Assembly: GCA_003483065.1 (NCBI GenBank)
Contig: DMWY01000018.1
Coordinates: 8,160-72,159 of the forward strand
Source: Candidatus Moraniibacteriota bacterium
GTDB lineage: Bacteria > Patescibacteriota > Minisyncoccia > Moranbacterales > UBA2206
DNA length: 64,000 bases
Direction of reading: 5' to 3'
A program made the position numbers and the translations under genes. Shown here in pieces: positions 19,848 through 29,230 of this stretch; within the stretch, counting starts at the first letter, position 1, and every line of letters starts with the position of its first letter. The notes under the pieces were generated by a model, which was given only the letters and a program-made list of their open reading frames with translations, did no database searches and was not told the DNA's origin.

Positions 19848-20771
19848 TTATTTTCTATTCAAAATATCAAAACCACTAGTCACTGCATCACAGATGAAAT
19901 TTTCCAGTTGAGTGAAATCATTTTTGAGTTGCGCTGCCCGAAGATAGGCATAATATAATCGTTTGTTTTCTTGTTTTATCACGGCTGGAGCAATATTGCT
20001 CTTTAGAAACATTGCCACTAAAATCAATCTTCCAATTCGTCCGTTGCCATCAGAAAATGGATGGATTTGCTCAAATCTGGCGTGAATATCGGAAGCATGA
20101 CTAATTATATCTTTTGGTTTTTTATTTAAATCTACAAAAAGACTTTCCATTAATTTTGTAATCTTGAGATAATTCGCCGTTGGCACATTTGAGCCAACAA
20201 TTCGCACTCCGTGACGACGATAAATTCCAGCATCGTCTCTAATTCCATTCATTAGAATACTATGCAATTTCAAAACCAACGCCTCATCTATTTTTTTTAT
20301 ATTCTCTAATTGTCTAAAAAGATATTTCAAAGCCGTTTGATGATTTTTAACCTCAAATTGTTCCACTAAACTTTTGTCTGGTATTGTTCTGTTATTAAAC
20401 ATAATGTCAGCAGTTTCATCCTCCGACAAAGTTGACCCTTCTATTTTGTTGGAATTATAGGTAAGGGAAAGCATAAATTGATCACGGATGTCTGGATTTT
20501 TCGAAATAGTTCTCAGAATATTTTTATGCCTTGCTGATTCTTTGATAATCAATTCTTTTTTGGCCAATAAAACGGTTCCGGGAATTGTTTTTTGCCCAGT
20601 ATATTCAAGATACATCGCATCGATAGAATCTTGTTGTTTTTTTCTTGGCTTGGATTTTCCATTCCACCAATTATTGAGTGCCACAAAAGAAACGCCTATT
20701 TTAGCCGCCATTTTGGTCTGAGTGAGACCTGATAAATCCTGGATGATTTTTAGCTTATCTTTCGTATTCAT
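19848..20771 (-). CDS. Fic-domain protein with N-terminal HTH
   Basis: HPFSDGNGRIGR catalytic motif, SNKIEG inhibitory-helix motif, XRE-like LTQTKMAAKIGVS. Confidence 0.93.
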   Translation of the reverse strand: MNTKDKLKIIQDLSGLTQTKMAAKIGVSFVALNNWWNGKSKPRKKQQDSIDAMYLEYTGQKTIPGTVLLAKKELIIKESARHKNILRTISKNPDIRDQFMLSLTYNSNKIEGSTLSEDETADIMFNNRTIPDKSLVEQFEVKNHQTALKYLFRQLENIKKIDEALVLKLHSILMNGIRDDAGIYRRHGVRIVGSNVPTANYLKITKLMESLFVDLNKKPKDIISHASDIHARFEQIHPFSDGNGRIGRLILVAMFLKSNIAPAVIKQENKRLYYAYLRAAQLKNDFTQLENFICDAVTSGFDILNRK

Positions 20772-20829
20772 AAAGCTATTATACTAAACTTTATAAAGTT
20801 TGTCAATATTATAAGTTTTTATAAAGTTT
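20772..20829 (-). promoter_or_regulatory. Sigma70 promoter of the Fic gene with palindromic operator; predicted leaderless mRNA
   Basis: TTGACA(20806-20801)-17-TATAAT(20783-20778), ATG 7 nt later; perfect palindrome AAACTTTATAAAGTTT at 20786-20801 and a near copy at 20814-20829. Confidence 0.8.
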
Positions 20830-21513
20830 CTATACCATACACTTCCTCACTGGTCGGAAACTTTTGCGGTGGATTTCGCAGGGGCCGTGTTTTTTGAGAG
20901 CGTCCATATGTATTTTTGTTCCATAGCCTTTATGCTGAGCAAAATTATATTCAGGATAAATTTTGTGCATTTCTTCCATCATGCGGTCACGCGTCACCTT
21001 GGCATAAATCGAAGCGGCGGAAATTGATTTGATCAGTTTATCCCCACTCACAATTGCTCTTTGCTCAAAAGAAAAGTTGGGAATTTTTTTGTTGCCGTCT
21101 AAAAGAATTATTAATTTAGAATTATCAAAATCTTGAATTTTAGTTTTCAATTGTGAAACCGCACTTTTCATCGCGAGAAAAGAAGCTTCCAAGATATTCA
21201 CCCGATCAATCGTCCGATGATCACAAATTCCCACTCCCACATGAAAATTCTCCCCTATAAAATCAAACAGGCTTTCTCTCTGTTTTTCCGAGAGCATTTT
21301 GGAATCGCGGATAAGATTGAATTTTTCCAAATCCTTCTCGCCCTTAGGGAGAGGATGTCGTGTACTCACGACAGGAGAGGGAACACGCAAAGCTACCGCA
21401 CACGCCACAACAGGCCCAGCCAGTGGTCCTCTTCCCACCTCATCAATCCCGATGATAATTTCATATCCTTCGGCGCTTAATTTTTCCTCTAACTCAAATG
21501 TTGACTTTATCAT
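20830..21513 (-). CDS. rnhB: Ribonuclease HII
   Basis: GIDEVGRGPLAGPV, DSK.L, LLDG, SISAASI.AKVTRD, HKGYGT, HRKSF. Confidence 0.97.
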   Translation of the reverse strand: MIKSTFELEEKLSAEGYEIIIGIDEVGRGPLAGPVVACAVALRVPSPVVSTRHPLPKGEKDLEKFNLIRDSKMLSEKQRESLFDFIGENFHVGVGICDHRTIDRVNILEASFLAMKSAVSQLKTKIQDFDNSKLIILLDGNKKIPNFSFEQRAIVSGDKLIKSISAASIYAKVTRDRMMEEMHKIYPEYNFAQHKGYGTKIHMDALKKHGPCEIHRKSFRPVRKCMV

Positions 21514-21530
21514 AAGATTATTATATCCTT

Positions 21531-21587
21531 AAATATACTTTTTTAACAGCCTGATTTAACATAATCGGCTTTAAAGAAAGTATATTT
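21531..21587. repeat. AT-rich inverted repeat in divergent promoter region
   Basis: aaatatacttt...agcc-tgatt/aatcggct...aaagtatattt. Confidence 0.55.
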
Positions 21588-21648
21588 TTTATTCTTTTAC
21601 AACATTAAGTGGCAATAATGCCAAAAACTTTTCCTTTAAGGAGAAAAA

Positions 21649-21987
21649 ATGGTGAAAACAGAAAAAAAAGTAGCGGAAGAAAATAGTGGTAAAAAACTTA
21701 TCATTTTCATCTTCACTTTATTGTTTGCAATTGCAATAGTGAAGACAGTTCAATTTTCCTATAATCATTTAACAACAAATAAGGGGGTGGAGTTATATTA
21801 TTTACAAAATAAGGCCGCCCTGATTGAAAATGGAACGTTGGTCTTAAAAAAAATAACCGCCGGATTTAACAAGAAGATAGATGAGATATCAAAAACAAGG
21901 GAAAAGTATCCCGCCGGCGAACCCATTCCAAAAAAAATTGACCTCTGTAAAATAATTGCAGGAAAGGAGGTGATCCATGATCATTGA
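21649..21987 (+). CDS. Hypothetical membrane protein
   Basis: AAGGAG SD, one TM helix. Confidence 0.65.
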   Translation: MVKTEKKVAEENSGKKLIIFIFTLLFAIAIVKTVQFSYNHLTTNKGVELYYLQNKAALIENGTLVLKKITAGFNKKIDEISKTREKYPAGEPIPKKIDLCKIIAGKEVIHDH

Positions 21988-22225
21988 TTTAAATAAGGGC
22001 GACGTGGTCAAATTGCCAAACAATATTACGGCGCGCCTATTCAACATCTTTACAATAACACCAAGGGAAGTCTCTTATATTTTGAAAGATGTTGCATCGG
22101 GAAAATTTTATCTAAGAATTTTCCAAAAAACAGACGAGGGCGTCAACCTAGAAGATTGCATAATAAATGTTGTGCCTAGCAAAAAAACACCAGCCTATTT
22201 TGCCATTTATCCATATAAGCGATAA
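21977..22225 (+). CDS. Hypothetical protein
   Basis: GGAGGTGA SD, overlaps upstream ORF, followed by terminator 22232-22290. Confidence 0.65.
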   Translation: MIIDLNKGDVVKLPNNITARLFNIFTITPREVSYILKDVASGKFYLRIFQKTDEGVNLEDCIINVVPSKKTPAYFAIYPYKR

Positions 22226-22461
22226 TGCACAAGCTCCCTCAGACAAATTCACTCAGCTCAACGAGCCGAATTTGTCTGGGGGCTTTTTTATTTCTAAAAA
22301 TTATGTTATACTCAAAACAAGAATAACTTCCCCTGCAAAACCCAAGGGTCATCCCGGGCTATGAGGAGAACAAAATCATATGAAAATAATTACACTATTT
22401 TTTAAAGTCTGGGCTAGCAATTAAATTTGACTAGTCTTTTATTTCGCTCAAATTTTATAAC

Positions 22462-22562
22462 TTTTAATTTTGTAATTTTTAAATAATACTTTAATTTCTA
22501 ATGTTTAAAAATTTAAGAATTAAGATTTATTTATAAAATTAAAAATTCAAAAATTAAAAATT
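22462..22562 (+). repeat. AT-rich 7/8-mer-periodic palindromic element, copy 1
   Basis: ttttgtaatttttaaataat...taatgtttaaaaatt..aagaattaagatttattta.aaaattaa; near-identical to 61253-61364. Confidence 0.8.
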
Positions 22563-22566
22563 GCTT

Positions 22567-25500
22567 ATGCCAAAGTTCACTCACCTCCACGTCCACACTC
22601 ACTATAGTTTACTCGACGGTCTAGCTAAAGTCGATGAGATTCTTGATCGTGCCAAAGAACTTGGGATGGACTCTCTTGCCATTACTGATCACGGCGTACT
22701 TTACGGCGCCATTGAGTTTTATATCAAAGCCAAAGAACGCGGGATAAAACCCATCATCGGTTGTGAGATGTATCTGACATCTGGAGATTATTTGAGCAAA
22801 AATAACACCCGAGAAGACAAAACTCGCTATCACTTGATTTTGCTCGCCAAAAATGAAATCGGCTACAAAAATCTGATGAAACTAATTTCCGTGGCACACT
22901 TGGAAGGTTTCTATTATAAACCGCGAATCAACAAAGCACTTTTGCGAAAATATAGCGAGGGACTAATCGGACTATCCGCTTGCGCGCAAGGAGAAATTCC
23001 AGAAACCGTTATAAACGGAAAAATTGAAGATGCTGAGAAGCTAGCCCTGGAATATCAAGAAATTTTTGGCAAAGGTAATTTCTATTTGGAAATTCAACAT
23101 CATCCAAAAATGACTAACCAAAAAATTGCCAACGATGCGTTGATTGGAATTTCCAAAAAATTCGACATCCCTCTGGTCGCCACTAACGATATCCATTATA
23201 TAAACAAAGAAGACAACGTAATTCAAGATATTTTGCTCTGTATTCAGACTAACCGCAAAGTTACGGAAACTAATCGGATGAATTTTATGGATTTTGAGCT
23301 TTATCTCAAAAGCCCCGAGGAAATGGCTGAGCATTTCAAGGAAGTTCCGAAGGCACTATCAAACACTCAAGAAATTGTGGACAAATGCAATTTAGAAATA
23401 ACTCTCGGCGAAACTCAACTCCCTCATTTTGATGTGCCCGAAGGATATACGGCCGAAACATATCTTTTGAAAATTACCCAAGACGGTCTCAAAAAAAGAT
23501 TTGGTGAAAACATAACCGAAGAACATCGGCATAGAATGGATTACGAATTAGATATAATTCAAAAAACTGGTTTTGCATCATACTTTCTTATCGTGCAAGA
23601 TTTTGTAAACTGGGCCAAAGAGCAAGGCATCGTGGTGGGTCCAGGACGTGGCAGTGCGGCGGGAAGTTTTGTGTCCTATCTTATCGGCATCACTAACATC
23701 GATCCGATAAAATATGATTTACTGTTTGAAAGATTTTTGAACCCCGAGAGAATCTCCATGCCCGATGTGGATATGGACTTTGCTGACGACCGTCGAGATG
23801 AAGTTTTGGAATATGTCAGGCAAAAATATGGCAACGATCATGTAGCTCAAATTATCACTTTCGGAACTATGGCTGCGCGCGCGGCCATTCGAGACGCCGG
23901 ACGAGCTCTCGGACTCCCCTATGATTTTTGCGACAAAACTGCCAAAATGATTCCGATGTTTTCCACAATTTCTGATGCTCTGGAGTCAGTGAAAGAATTT
24001 AGTGATTTGCACAAAAATGATGAGGGTGGAAAAAAATTAATTGATAGCGCCTCACGCTTGGAAGGCGTCGTGCGTCATGCTTCGATGCATGCTTGTGGAG
24101 TGGTTATTACTAAAGAACCCGTGACAGAATATACCCCTTTGCAAAAAATCACTGGCAAGGGTGATGGCACCGTGACGCAATATTCCTCTTCAACTAAATA
24201 TAGTTTTGTAGAAAAAATTGGCCTCCTTAAGATGGATTTTCTGGGGCTAAAAAATCTCACCATTATCCAAAATGCTTTGAAAATTGTGAAAAAAACTTAT
24301 GGCCAAGATATTGATATCAACGACATTCCGCTAGAAGATGAAAAAACTTTCAAACTTTTGCAAGAAGCCAGAACTACGGGAGTGTTTCAATTGGAAAGTT
24401 CCGGCATGAAAAGATATTTGAAACTTTTAAAACCAAATGTTTTGGAAGACATCATTGCTATGGTGGCGCTCTACCGCCCCGGACCAATGGACTGGATTCC
24501 GGACTTCATTTCCAGAAAACATGGTGAGAAAGAAATCAAATATCTGCACCCTAATTTGAAACCAATCTTGGAAAAAACTTATGGCGTAGCGGTCTATCAA
24601 GAACAAGTTATGCAGATTGCTCAAGCTTTGGCTGGTTTCACGCTTGGTGAAGCGGATGTGCTTCGAAAAGCCATGGGCAAAAAAATCTTTGCGCTTATTC
24701 AGGAACAAAAACATAAATTCATTGAAGGCTGTATGAAGCAAGGCATCGCCGGCACGGTGGGCGAAAAAGTTTTTGCCTATATTGAACCTTTTGCGGGGTA
24801 CGGATTTAACAGAAGTCACGCCGCTTGCTATGCCTTGGTTGGATACCAAACAGCCTACCTCAAAGCACATTTTCCAGCCGAATTTATGGCGGCCCTGCTC
24901 ACTTCTGATCAAGACAACATCGATCGCGTGGCGATTGAAATTGCTGAATGTCGAGAAATGGGTATTGAGGTTTTACCACCTAATGTCAATGAAAGTTTTG
25001 AGCAATTTGCGGTTATAACAGACGCAGAAAATAATACTAAAAAAATTCGCTTTGGACTAAACGCCGTTAAAAATGTTGGCCACACTATTGCCCATGAAAT
25101 TGTGGAAGAAAGAAAAAGGAATGGAAAATTTTTGAGTCTTAATGATTTCATAGAAAGAGTGCGCCACAAAGATCTCAACAAAAAATCCATTGAGGCTCTT
25201 TCCAAAGTTGGCGCGTTAGAAGAATTTTCCGAAAGAAATTCCATCATCGCTTCCATTGAAAATATCTTGGCGCATTCTAAAAATATTGAGAAGCTCAAAA
25301 ATTCCAATCAGACCAGTCTTTTTGGAGACGCTGACATCAAATTACCACCGATAAAATTAGAAGTCTCGATAGAAGCTTCTAAAAAAGAGAAGCTAACTTG
25401 GGAAAAAGAACTTCTCGGACTTTATATTAGCGATCATCCCGTCAAAGACTATCAGGAATATTTTGAAAAAATGGCCTTGCCAATTCGAAACATTGGCGCA

Positions 25501-26118
25501 GAGTCAGTTGGGCAAATGGTGTCGGTGGGTGGGATAATTTCCAAGATAAAAAAGATTTTTCTCAAAAATCAAAAAACAATGATGTTTGTCACGCTGGAAG
25601 ATATGAATTCCACCATGGAAATTCTGGTTTTTCCAAAAGTTTTGGAAGCAACCGGATCGATCTGGCAAGAGGAAAAAATAATTTTGGCGAGTGGAAAAAT
25701 TTCTGACAAAGATGGTAGTTTCAAATTACTCTGCGACACAGTCAAGGTCGTCAACGAAAATGAATTGGAAAATTTCAAAAGAATTCTACACACCCAAAGA
25801 AACAACGGCGGTGAGCCTACAAAAAAATCCCTTCCCAATCCTCCTCTCCCCTCGGGAGAGGATGTCGCGTACTCGCGACAGGAGAGGGAGAATCTTAGTA
25901 AGTCTTCCAAACTCATCATCACCCTCCCACCAAATTTCGACAAAGCCATCCTCAAAAATCTTTCTTCCCTGTTTGATCGTTGCGAACTAGGCGCTATGAA
26001 AGTATACTTATCTATCAACAACTCAAAACTTGAAACACCCTATTGCATCCAAAATACCGCGGAACTCGAAAAAGCCTTGAAGATAATTGTGCCAGAAGGG
26101 AAAGTGGAGATTTGGTAG
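22567..26118 (+). CDS. dnaE: DNA polymerase III alpha subunit
   Basis: PHP HLHVHTHYSLLDG, GPGRGSAAGS, MPDVDMDF, GYGFNRSH. Confidence 0.98.
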   Translation: MPKFTHLHVHTHYSLLDGLAKVDEILDRAKELGMDSLAITDHGVLYGAIEFYIKAKERGIKPIIGCEMYLTSGDYLSKNNTREDKTRYHLILLAKNEIGYKNLMKLISVAHLEGFYYKPRINKALLRKYSEGLIGLSACAQGEIPETVINGKIEDAEKLALEYQEIFGKGNFYLEIQHHPKMTNQKIANDALIGISKKFDIPLVATNDIHYINKEDNVIQDILLCIQTNRKVTETNRMNFMDFELYLKSPEEMAEHFKEVPKALSNTQEIVDKCNLEITLGETQLPHFDVPEGYTAETYLLKITQDGLKKRFGENITEEHRHRMDYELDIIQKTGFASYFLIVQDFVNWAKEQGIVVGPGRGSAAGSFVSYLIGITNIDPIKYDLLFERFLNPERISMPDVDMDFADDRRDEVLEYVRQKYGNDHVAQIITFGTMAARAAIRDAGRALGLPYDFCDKTAKMIPMFSTISDALESVKEFSDLHKNDEGGKKLIDSASRLEGVVRHASMHACGVVITKEPVTEYTPLQKITGKGDGTVTQYSSSTKYSFVEKIGLLKMDFLGLKNLTIIQNALKIVKKTYGQDIDINDIPLEDEKTFKLLQEARTTGVFQLESSGMKRYLKLLKPNVLEDIIAMVALYRPGPMDWIPDFISRKHGEKEIKYLHPNLKPILEKTYGVAVYQEQVMQIAQALAGFTLGEADVLRKAMGKKIFALIQEQKHKFIEGCMKQGIAGTVGEKVFAYIEPFAGYGFNRSHAACYALVGYQTAYLKAHFPAEFMAALLTSDQDNIDRVAIEIAECREMGIEVLPPNVNESFEQFAVITDAENNTKKIRFGLNAVKNVGHTIAHEIVEERKRNGKFLSLNDFIERVRHKDLNKKSIEALSKVGALEEFSERNSIIASIENILAHSKNIEKLKNSNQTSLFGDADIKLPPIKLEVSIEASKKEKLTWEKELLGLYISDHPVKDYQEYFEKMALPIRNIGAESVGQMVSVGGIISKIKKIFLKNQKTMMFVTLEDMNSTMEILVFPKVLEATGSIWQEEKIILASGKISDKDGSFKLLCDTVKVVNENELENFKRILHTQRNNGGEPTKKSLPNPPLPSGEDVAYSRQERENLSKSSKLIITLPPNFDKAILKNLSSLFDRCELGAMKVYLSINNSKLETPYCIQNTAELEKALKIIVPEGKVEIW

Positions 26119-26122
26119 AAAT

Positions 26123-26154
26123 AAAAAGCGCCGTTGATTTTATCAACGACGCTT
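26123..26154 (-). terminator. Intrinsic terminator ending the minus-strand non-coding unit
   Basis: aagcgtcgttgat-aaa-atcaacggcgctt followed by TTTAT on the minus strand. Confidence 0.8.
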
Positions 26155-26155
26155 G

Positions 26156-26612
26156 AACTTACGAAAGCCTTCAGCATCTTTTGCAGATTATTGCCACGGT
26201 CTTTTTTTGACGAACCTAGTCGAATTCCGTCGACACGGGTAAAGCATGACTTTATGCCAGTCACAGGCTCTTTTAGGTCAGATCGATTGCAATACAATCC
26301 TGCAGAATCAACTAATTAAACTGTGGTGCTATTCCTAATGACCACATATCAAATTTAATTCCTTCTAGTGCTGGTCGCACGTAGGCGCCAGATATAGGGT
26401 GGCAATTCATAATCTTAAATGCTTGAGAATAAATTTTAACTCAACGCATAAGACTATGTCCAATCCTATCATAGAATTAAACTCTTTATGTTTCATTAGA
26501 GCGGCACTCGCCCTCTATGATGAGACGAGCTACTTTAACCACAGACAACTAATTGCCTTGCAAGAAGGCTCACTGCATTTATTTCTTTCGTAAGGTACTA
26601 CTTTTTAGTTTA
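26156..26612 (-). ncRNA. Candidate large structured non-coding RNA (~450 nt), family unidentified
   Basis: Own promoter and terminator, no credible ORF, about 40% GC by hand count (26161-26580), 10-bp terminal helix CUUACGAAAG/CUUUCGUAAG and at least 8 internal helices. Confidence 0.7.
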
Positions 26613-26618
26613 CTTGGC

Positions 26619-26646
26619 ATTATAGCATACTAATAAATTTTGTCAA
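26619..26646 (-). promoter_or_regulatory. Sigma70 promoter for the candidate ncRNA
   Basis: TTGACA-16-TATAAT with extended -10 TG (TGcTATAAT). Confidence 0.8.
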
Positions 26647-26722
26647 GACAAACATTCCGTTATACTATAAATTTCCTTATATAAGCCATTTTTAGCCTAC
26701 TTCAATTTTTCAACTAAAATTT

Positions 26723-27277
26723 TTAGCCTATTTTCCTCACTTCTCCTCTTATCTTTTTATACTCCGGTACCATTTTTACCACGAGATTCCAAAAATCCCT
26801 GGAATGATTGAATTCGCCAAGGTGGCAGAGTTCATGGACGATTATGTAGTCGCAAAGTTTTTCGGAAAGATAGATTATCCGATAGCTGAAATTTAGGTTT
26901 CCCGATCTGGAACAACTCCCCCAGCGAGTCTTTTGATTGCGAATAGAAACTCGACCATATGAAAAACCATAGAACTCATTGAAATATTTCAATTTCTTTT
27001 CAGCGATTTCTCGCGCCAGCTTTTTATATTTCAAATAATCTTTTCTCGTTGCCGGTGGCAAAGCCGATTCCTTATTTTGGAAATGTTTTATCTTCCCAAG
27101 AATCCAATCCGCCTTTTCTCTCACAAACCTCATCGCAATTTCCTCACTGAGTCGCCACGGCACACTTACCACCAAAGTCGCATCATTTCTGATTGTGAGT
27201 CGCATGCACTTTGAACGTCGACTTTTTTTGAAAGTATATGAGATTCTTTCTTGATTTAATATTATTTCTTTTTGCAT
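26723..27277 (-). CDS. YgjP/DUF45 family metal-dependent hydrolase (M48/SprT-like)
   Basis: QKTRWGSCS, DYIIVHELCHL..NHS..FW. Confidence 0.9.
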   Translation of the reverse strand: MQKEIILNQERISYTFKKSRRSKCMRLTIRNDATLVVSVPWRLSEEIAMRFVREKADWILGKIKHFQNKESALPPATRKDYLKYKKLAREIAEKKLKYFNEFYGFSYGRVSIRNQKTRWGSCSRSGNLNFSYRIIYLSEKLCDYIIVHELCHLGEFNHSRDFWNLVVKMVPEYKKIRGEVRKIG

Positions 27278-27281
27278 AAGG

Positions 27282-27372
27282 CTACAAAATTACAAAATTT
27301 TACAAAAATACAAATATACAAAAAATTACACTCAGATAAATTAATTATAGCAGGTATCTTGTATTTTGTATT
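27282..27372. repeat. tacaaaa-periodic imperfect palindrome
   Basis: ctacaaaattacaaaattttacaaaaatacaaatatacaaa...ttgtattttgta; resembles 53590-53674. Confidence 0.65.
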
Positions 27373-27377
27373 TAAAC

Positions 27378-27585
27378 CCACCCTATAAAATAAAGAAAAA
27401 TAAATTGAGATTTTAGCGCGTTAAGAATTTACTCATCAGCGATTGACGGGGGCTTAGTAAATTTAGCGAAAAAATCGAAAATTTATTTCTTTATTTTATT
27501 TGGGTGGCCGCTTTCTTTTGTTACTTTTCTTTGAGGCAAAGAAAAGTAAGTGGAGAACTTTTTTTGGCTCGAGAGAAAAAGTACG
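27378..27585 (+). repeat. Family-A composite hairpin repeat, copy 2
   Basis: ccaccc..ataaaataaagaa..aaattgagatttt..cgttaagaatttact / agtaaatttagcga..aaaatcgaaaatttatttctttattttatttgggtgg plus ttacttttctt/aagaaaagtaa. Confidence 0.9.
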
Positions 27586-27594
27586 AAGAACCAT

Positions 27595-27626
27595 AAAAAA
27601 AGATTCCGATTGCTCGGAATCTTTTT
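27595..27626 (-). terminator. Intrinsic terminator of the HU gene
   Basis: aaaaagattccga-ttgc-tcggaatcttttt. Confidence 0.8.
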
Positions 27627-27646
27627 GAAATTCTACTTGAGTCAGA

Positions 27647-27928
27647 TTATAATACAGCTTCCTTAACAGCTTTTGCTAATCTAAACTTTGCTACAGTCTT
27701 AGCAGCAATGTTGATTTTTTCTCCTGTAGCTGGATTGATTCCAACTCGAGCTTTTCTGTGCATCTTTACCAATTTTCCAAATCCAGGAAGAACAAATTCT
27801 CCGTTCTTCTTTACTTCGCTGTAGGCCATTTCAGTAAGTGTGTCCATAAAGGCCACTACTTCCTTTTTCGCAAGACCTGTTTTTTCTGCCAACGCGCTCA
27901 TGATTTGAGCTTTTGTCATTTTTGCCAT
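27647..27928 (-). CDS. hup: HU family DNA-binding protein
   Basis: MTKAQI, LPGFGK, RKARVGINPATGE. Confidence 0.95.
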   Translation of the reverse strand: MAKMTKAQIMSALAEKTGLAKKEVVAFMDTLTEMAYSEVKKNGEFVLPGFGKLVKMHRKARVGINPATGEKINIAAKTVAKFRLAKAVKEAVL

Positions 27929-28107
27929 CGCTTTTTTTGCTTCATTCTTTTTTGTGAGAAAAGAATGAAACTTAATTAATTATTATTTATATCCCCTAAT
28001 TACCCTTGTATTATAAGGCTTTTTGAAAAGTCGCGCAATAGGCACTTTCCGCCAAGCTAAATTTACGCTATAATAAGATTATTAAACAAACTAAAATTTC
28101 AAAAAAT

Positions 28108-29175
28108 ATGAAACATAATTTAAACTCGACATACCTTCTAATTCTCATTGTTTTGGCTGGAATATGCGCTTATTTGGTCTTTAAGCCCTTTTTAGTGGCA
28201 CTTTTTTTGGCCTTTATCCTTTCCCAACTTTTCAAAAAATGGTACGAAAAAATCAATCAAAAATTTGGTGGTCGATCTTCCTTGGCCTCTCTTGCACTTT
28301 GTATTATTTTATTTTTCATTTTAGTTATTCCATTCTTTCTCACTGCCAGCTTAATTGCCAAAGAAGCCACCGATCTCTACCAAGATATTCAAAAAACTGA
28401 TTGGCAAGCTCAGCTTCAATCTTTTTCCACTTCACCAATTCTCAAAAGTGTTGGAATGAATTTTCCAGTAATAGACTTGCAAAATATTACGGCTCAAGAT
28501 TCGGAAGGGATAACCGGTAATCTTCAGAGTGTTGGGAATTTCATTTTTTCCGCGGTGAAAAAAACCTACCAAGGCGTAACTCATTTTGTTTTTATAACTT
28601 TTGTGGTTTTCTTTTCTCTCTATTATCTTTTCAAAGATGGCGATGCGATTATAAAAAAAATAATGGCACTTAGCCCGCTCAAAGATTCACAGGAGAGCCA
28701 GCTTTTGAAAAATTTCATTTCAGTTTCCAAGGCTACGCTAAAAGGTTCGCTTGTTATCGCCATTATCCAAGGAGCCTTGATGACTATTCTCTTTTTATTC
28801 ACAGGCGTGCCCTCACCTGTTATTTGGGGAGTAATCACTGTGCTATTCTCTCTTATTCCAATGGTTGGCGCCGGCCTAGTTTGGCTTCCAGCAGGAATCA
28901 TTATGCTTCTCCTAGGAAATATTTGGCAAGGATTAACGATACTTATTTTTGGAGCCTTGGTTGTGAGCACTATTGATAATTTCCTTCGCCCGAAACTTGT
29001 AGGGAAAGAAACTAGCCTTCACCCAATTCTCGTTTTTCTTTCCACTATCGGCGGTATCGCACTTTTTGGTCTAGTCGGCATCCTTCTTGGACCAGTCATT
29101 ATAGTTCTTTTCATTTCTCTTCTTGATATTTATCAAATTGAATTCAAAGATGAGTTGGAAAAAATGAATCAATAG
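28108..29175 (+). CDS. AI-2E family transporter
   Basis: Multi-TM; IPMVG..LVW.P, IDNFLRPKL, HP...STIGG..LFG..G..LGP. Confidence 0.92.
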   Translation: MKHNLNSTYLLILIVLAGICAYLVFKPFLVALFLAFILSQLFKKWYEKINQKFGGRSSLASLALCIILFFILVIPFFLTASLIAKEATDLYQDIQKTDWQAQLQSFSTSPILKSVGMNFPVIDLQNITAQDSEGITGNLQSVGNFIFSAVKKTYQGVTHFVFITFVVFFSLYYLFKDGDAIIKKIMALSPLKDSQESQLLKNFISVSKATLKGSLVIAIIQGALMTILFLFTGVPSPVIWGVITVLFSLIPMVGAGLVWLPAGIIMLLLGNIWQGLTILIFGALVVSTIDNFLRPKLVGKETSLHPILVFLSTIGGIALFGLVGILLGPVIIVLFISLLDIYQIEFKDELEKMNQ

Positions 29176-29230
29176 AAATATTTTTGCAAGTTAAAAACCA
29201 CAGCACTAGGCCGTGGTTTTTTATAATATT

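Noticed and set aside
22300-22424. GC-rich leader plus a 14-aa ORF (MKIITLFFKVWASN) upstream of dnaE
   Set aside because: SD-like GAGGAG is present, but the ORF is too short and shows no recognisable aptamer; not supportable without homologs
26040-26593. Short ORFs 26040..26297, 26134..26319 and 26399..26593
   Set aside because: No SD or recognisable motifs; mutually overlapping and one runs antisense into dnaE
26156-26612. tmRNA, RNase P RNA, or group II intron identity for the candidate ncRNA
   Set aside because: No GGGG...CCA tRNA-like ends or tag ORF and no GAGGAAAGUCC; GAGCCU...AGGUUC only loosely resembles domain V, and no interrupted host gene is evident
26688-26734. Short direct repeat atttttagccta at the YgjP-like gene stop as a third displaced gene end
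   Set aside because: Only about 12 bp in an AT-rich context; chance cannot be excluded
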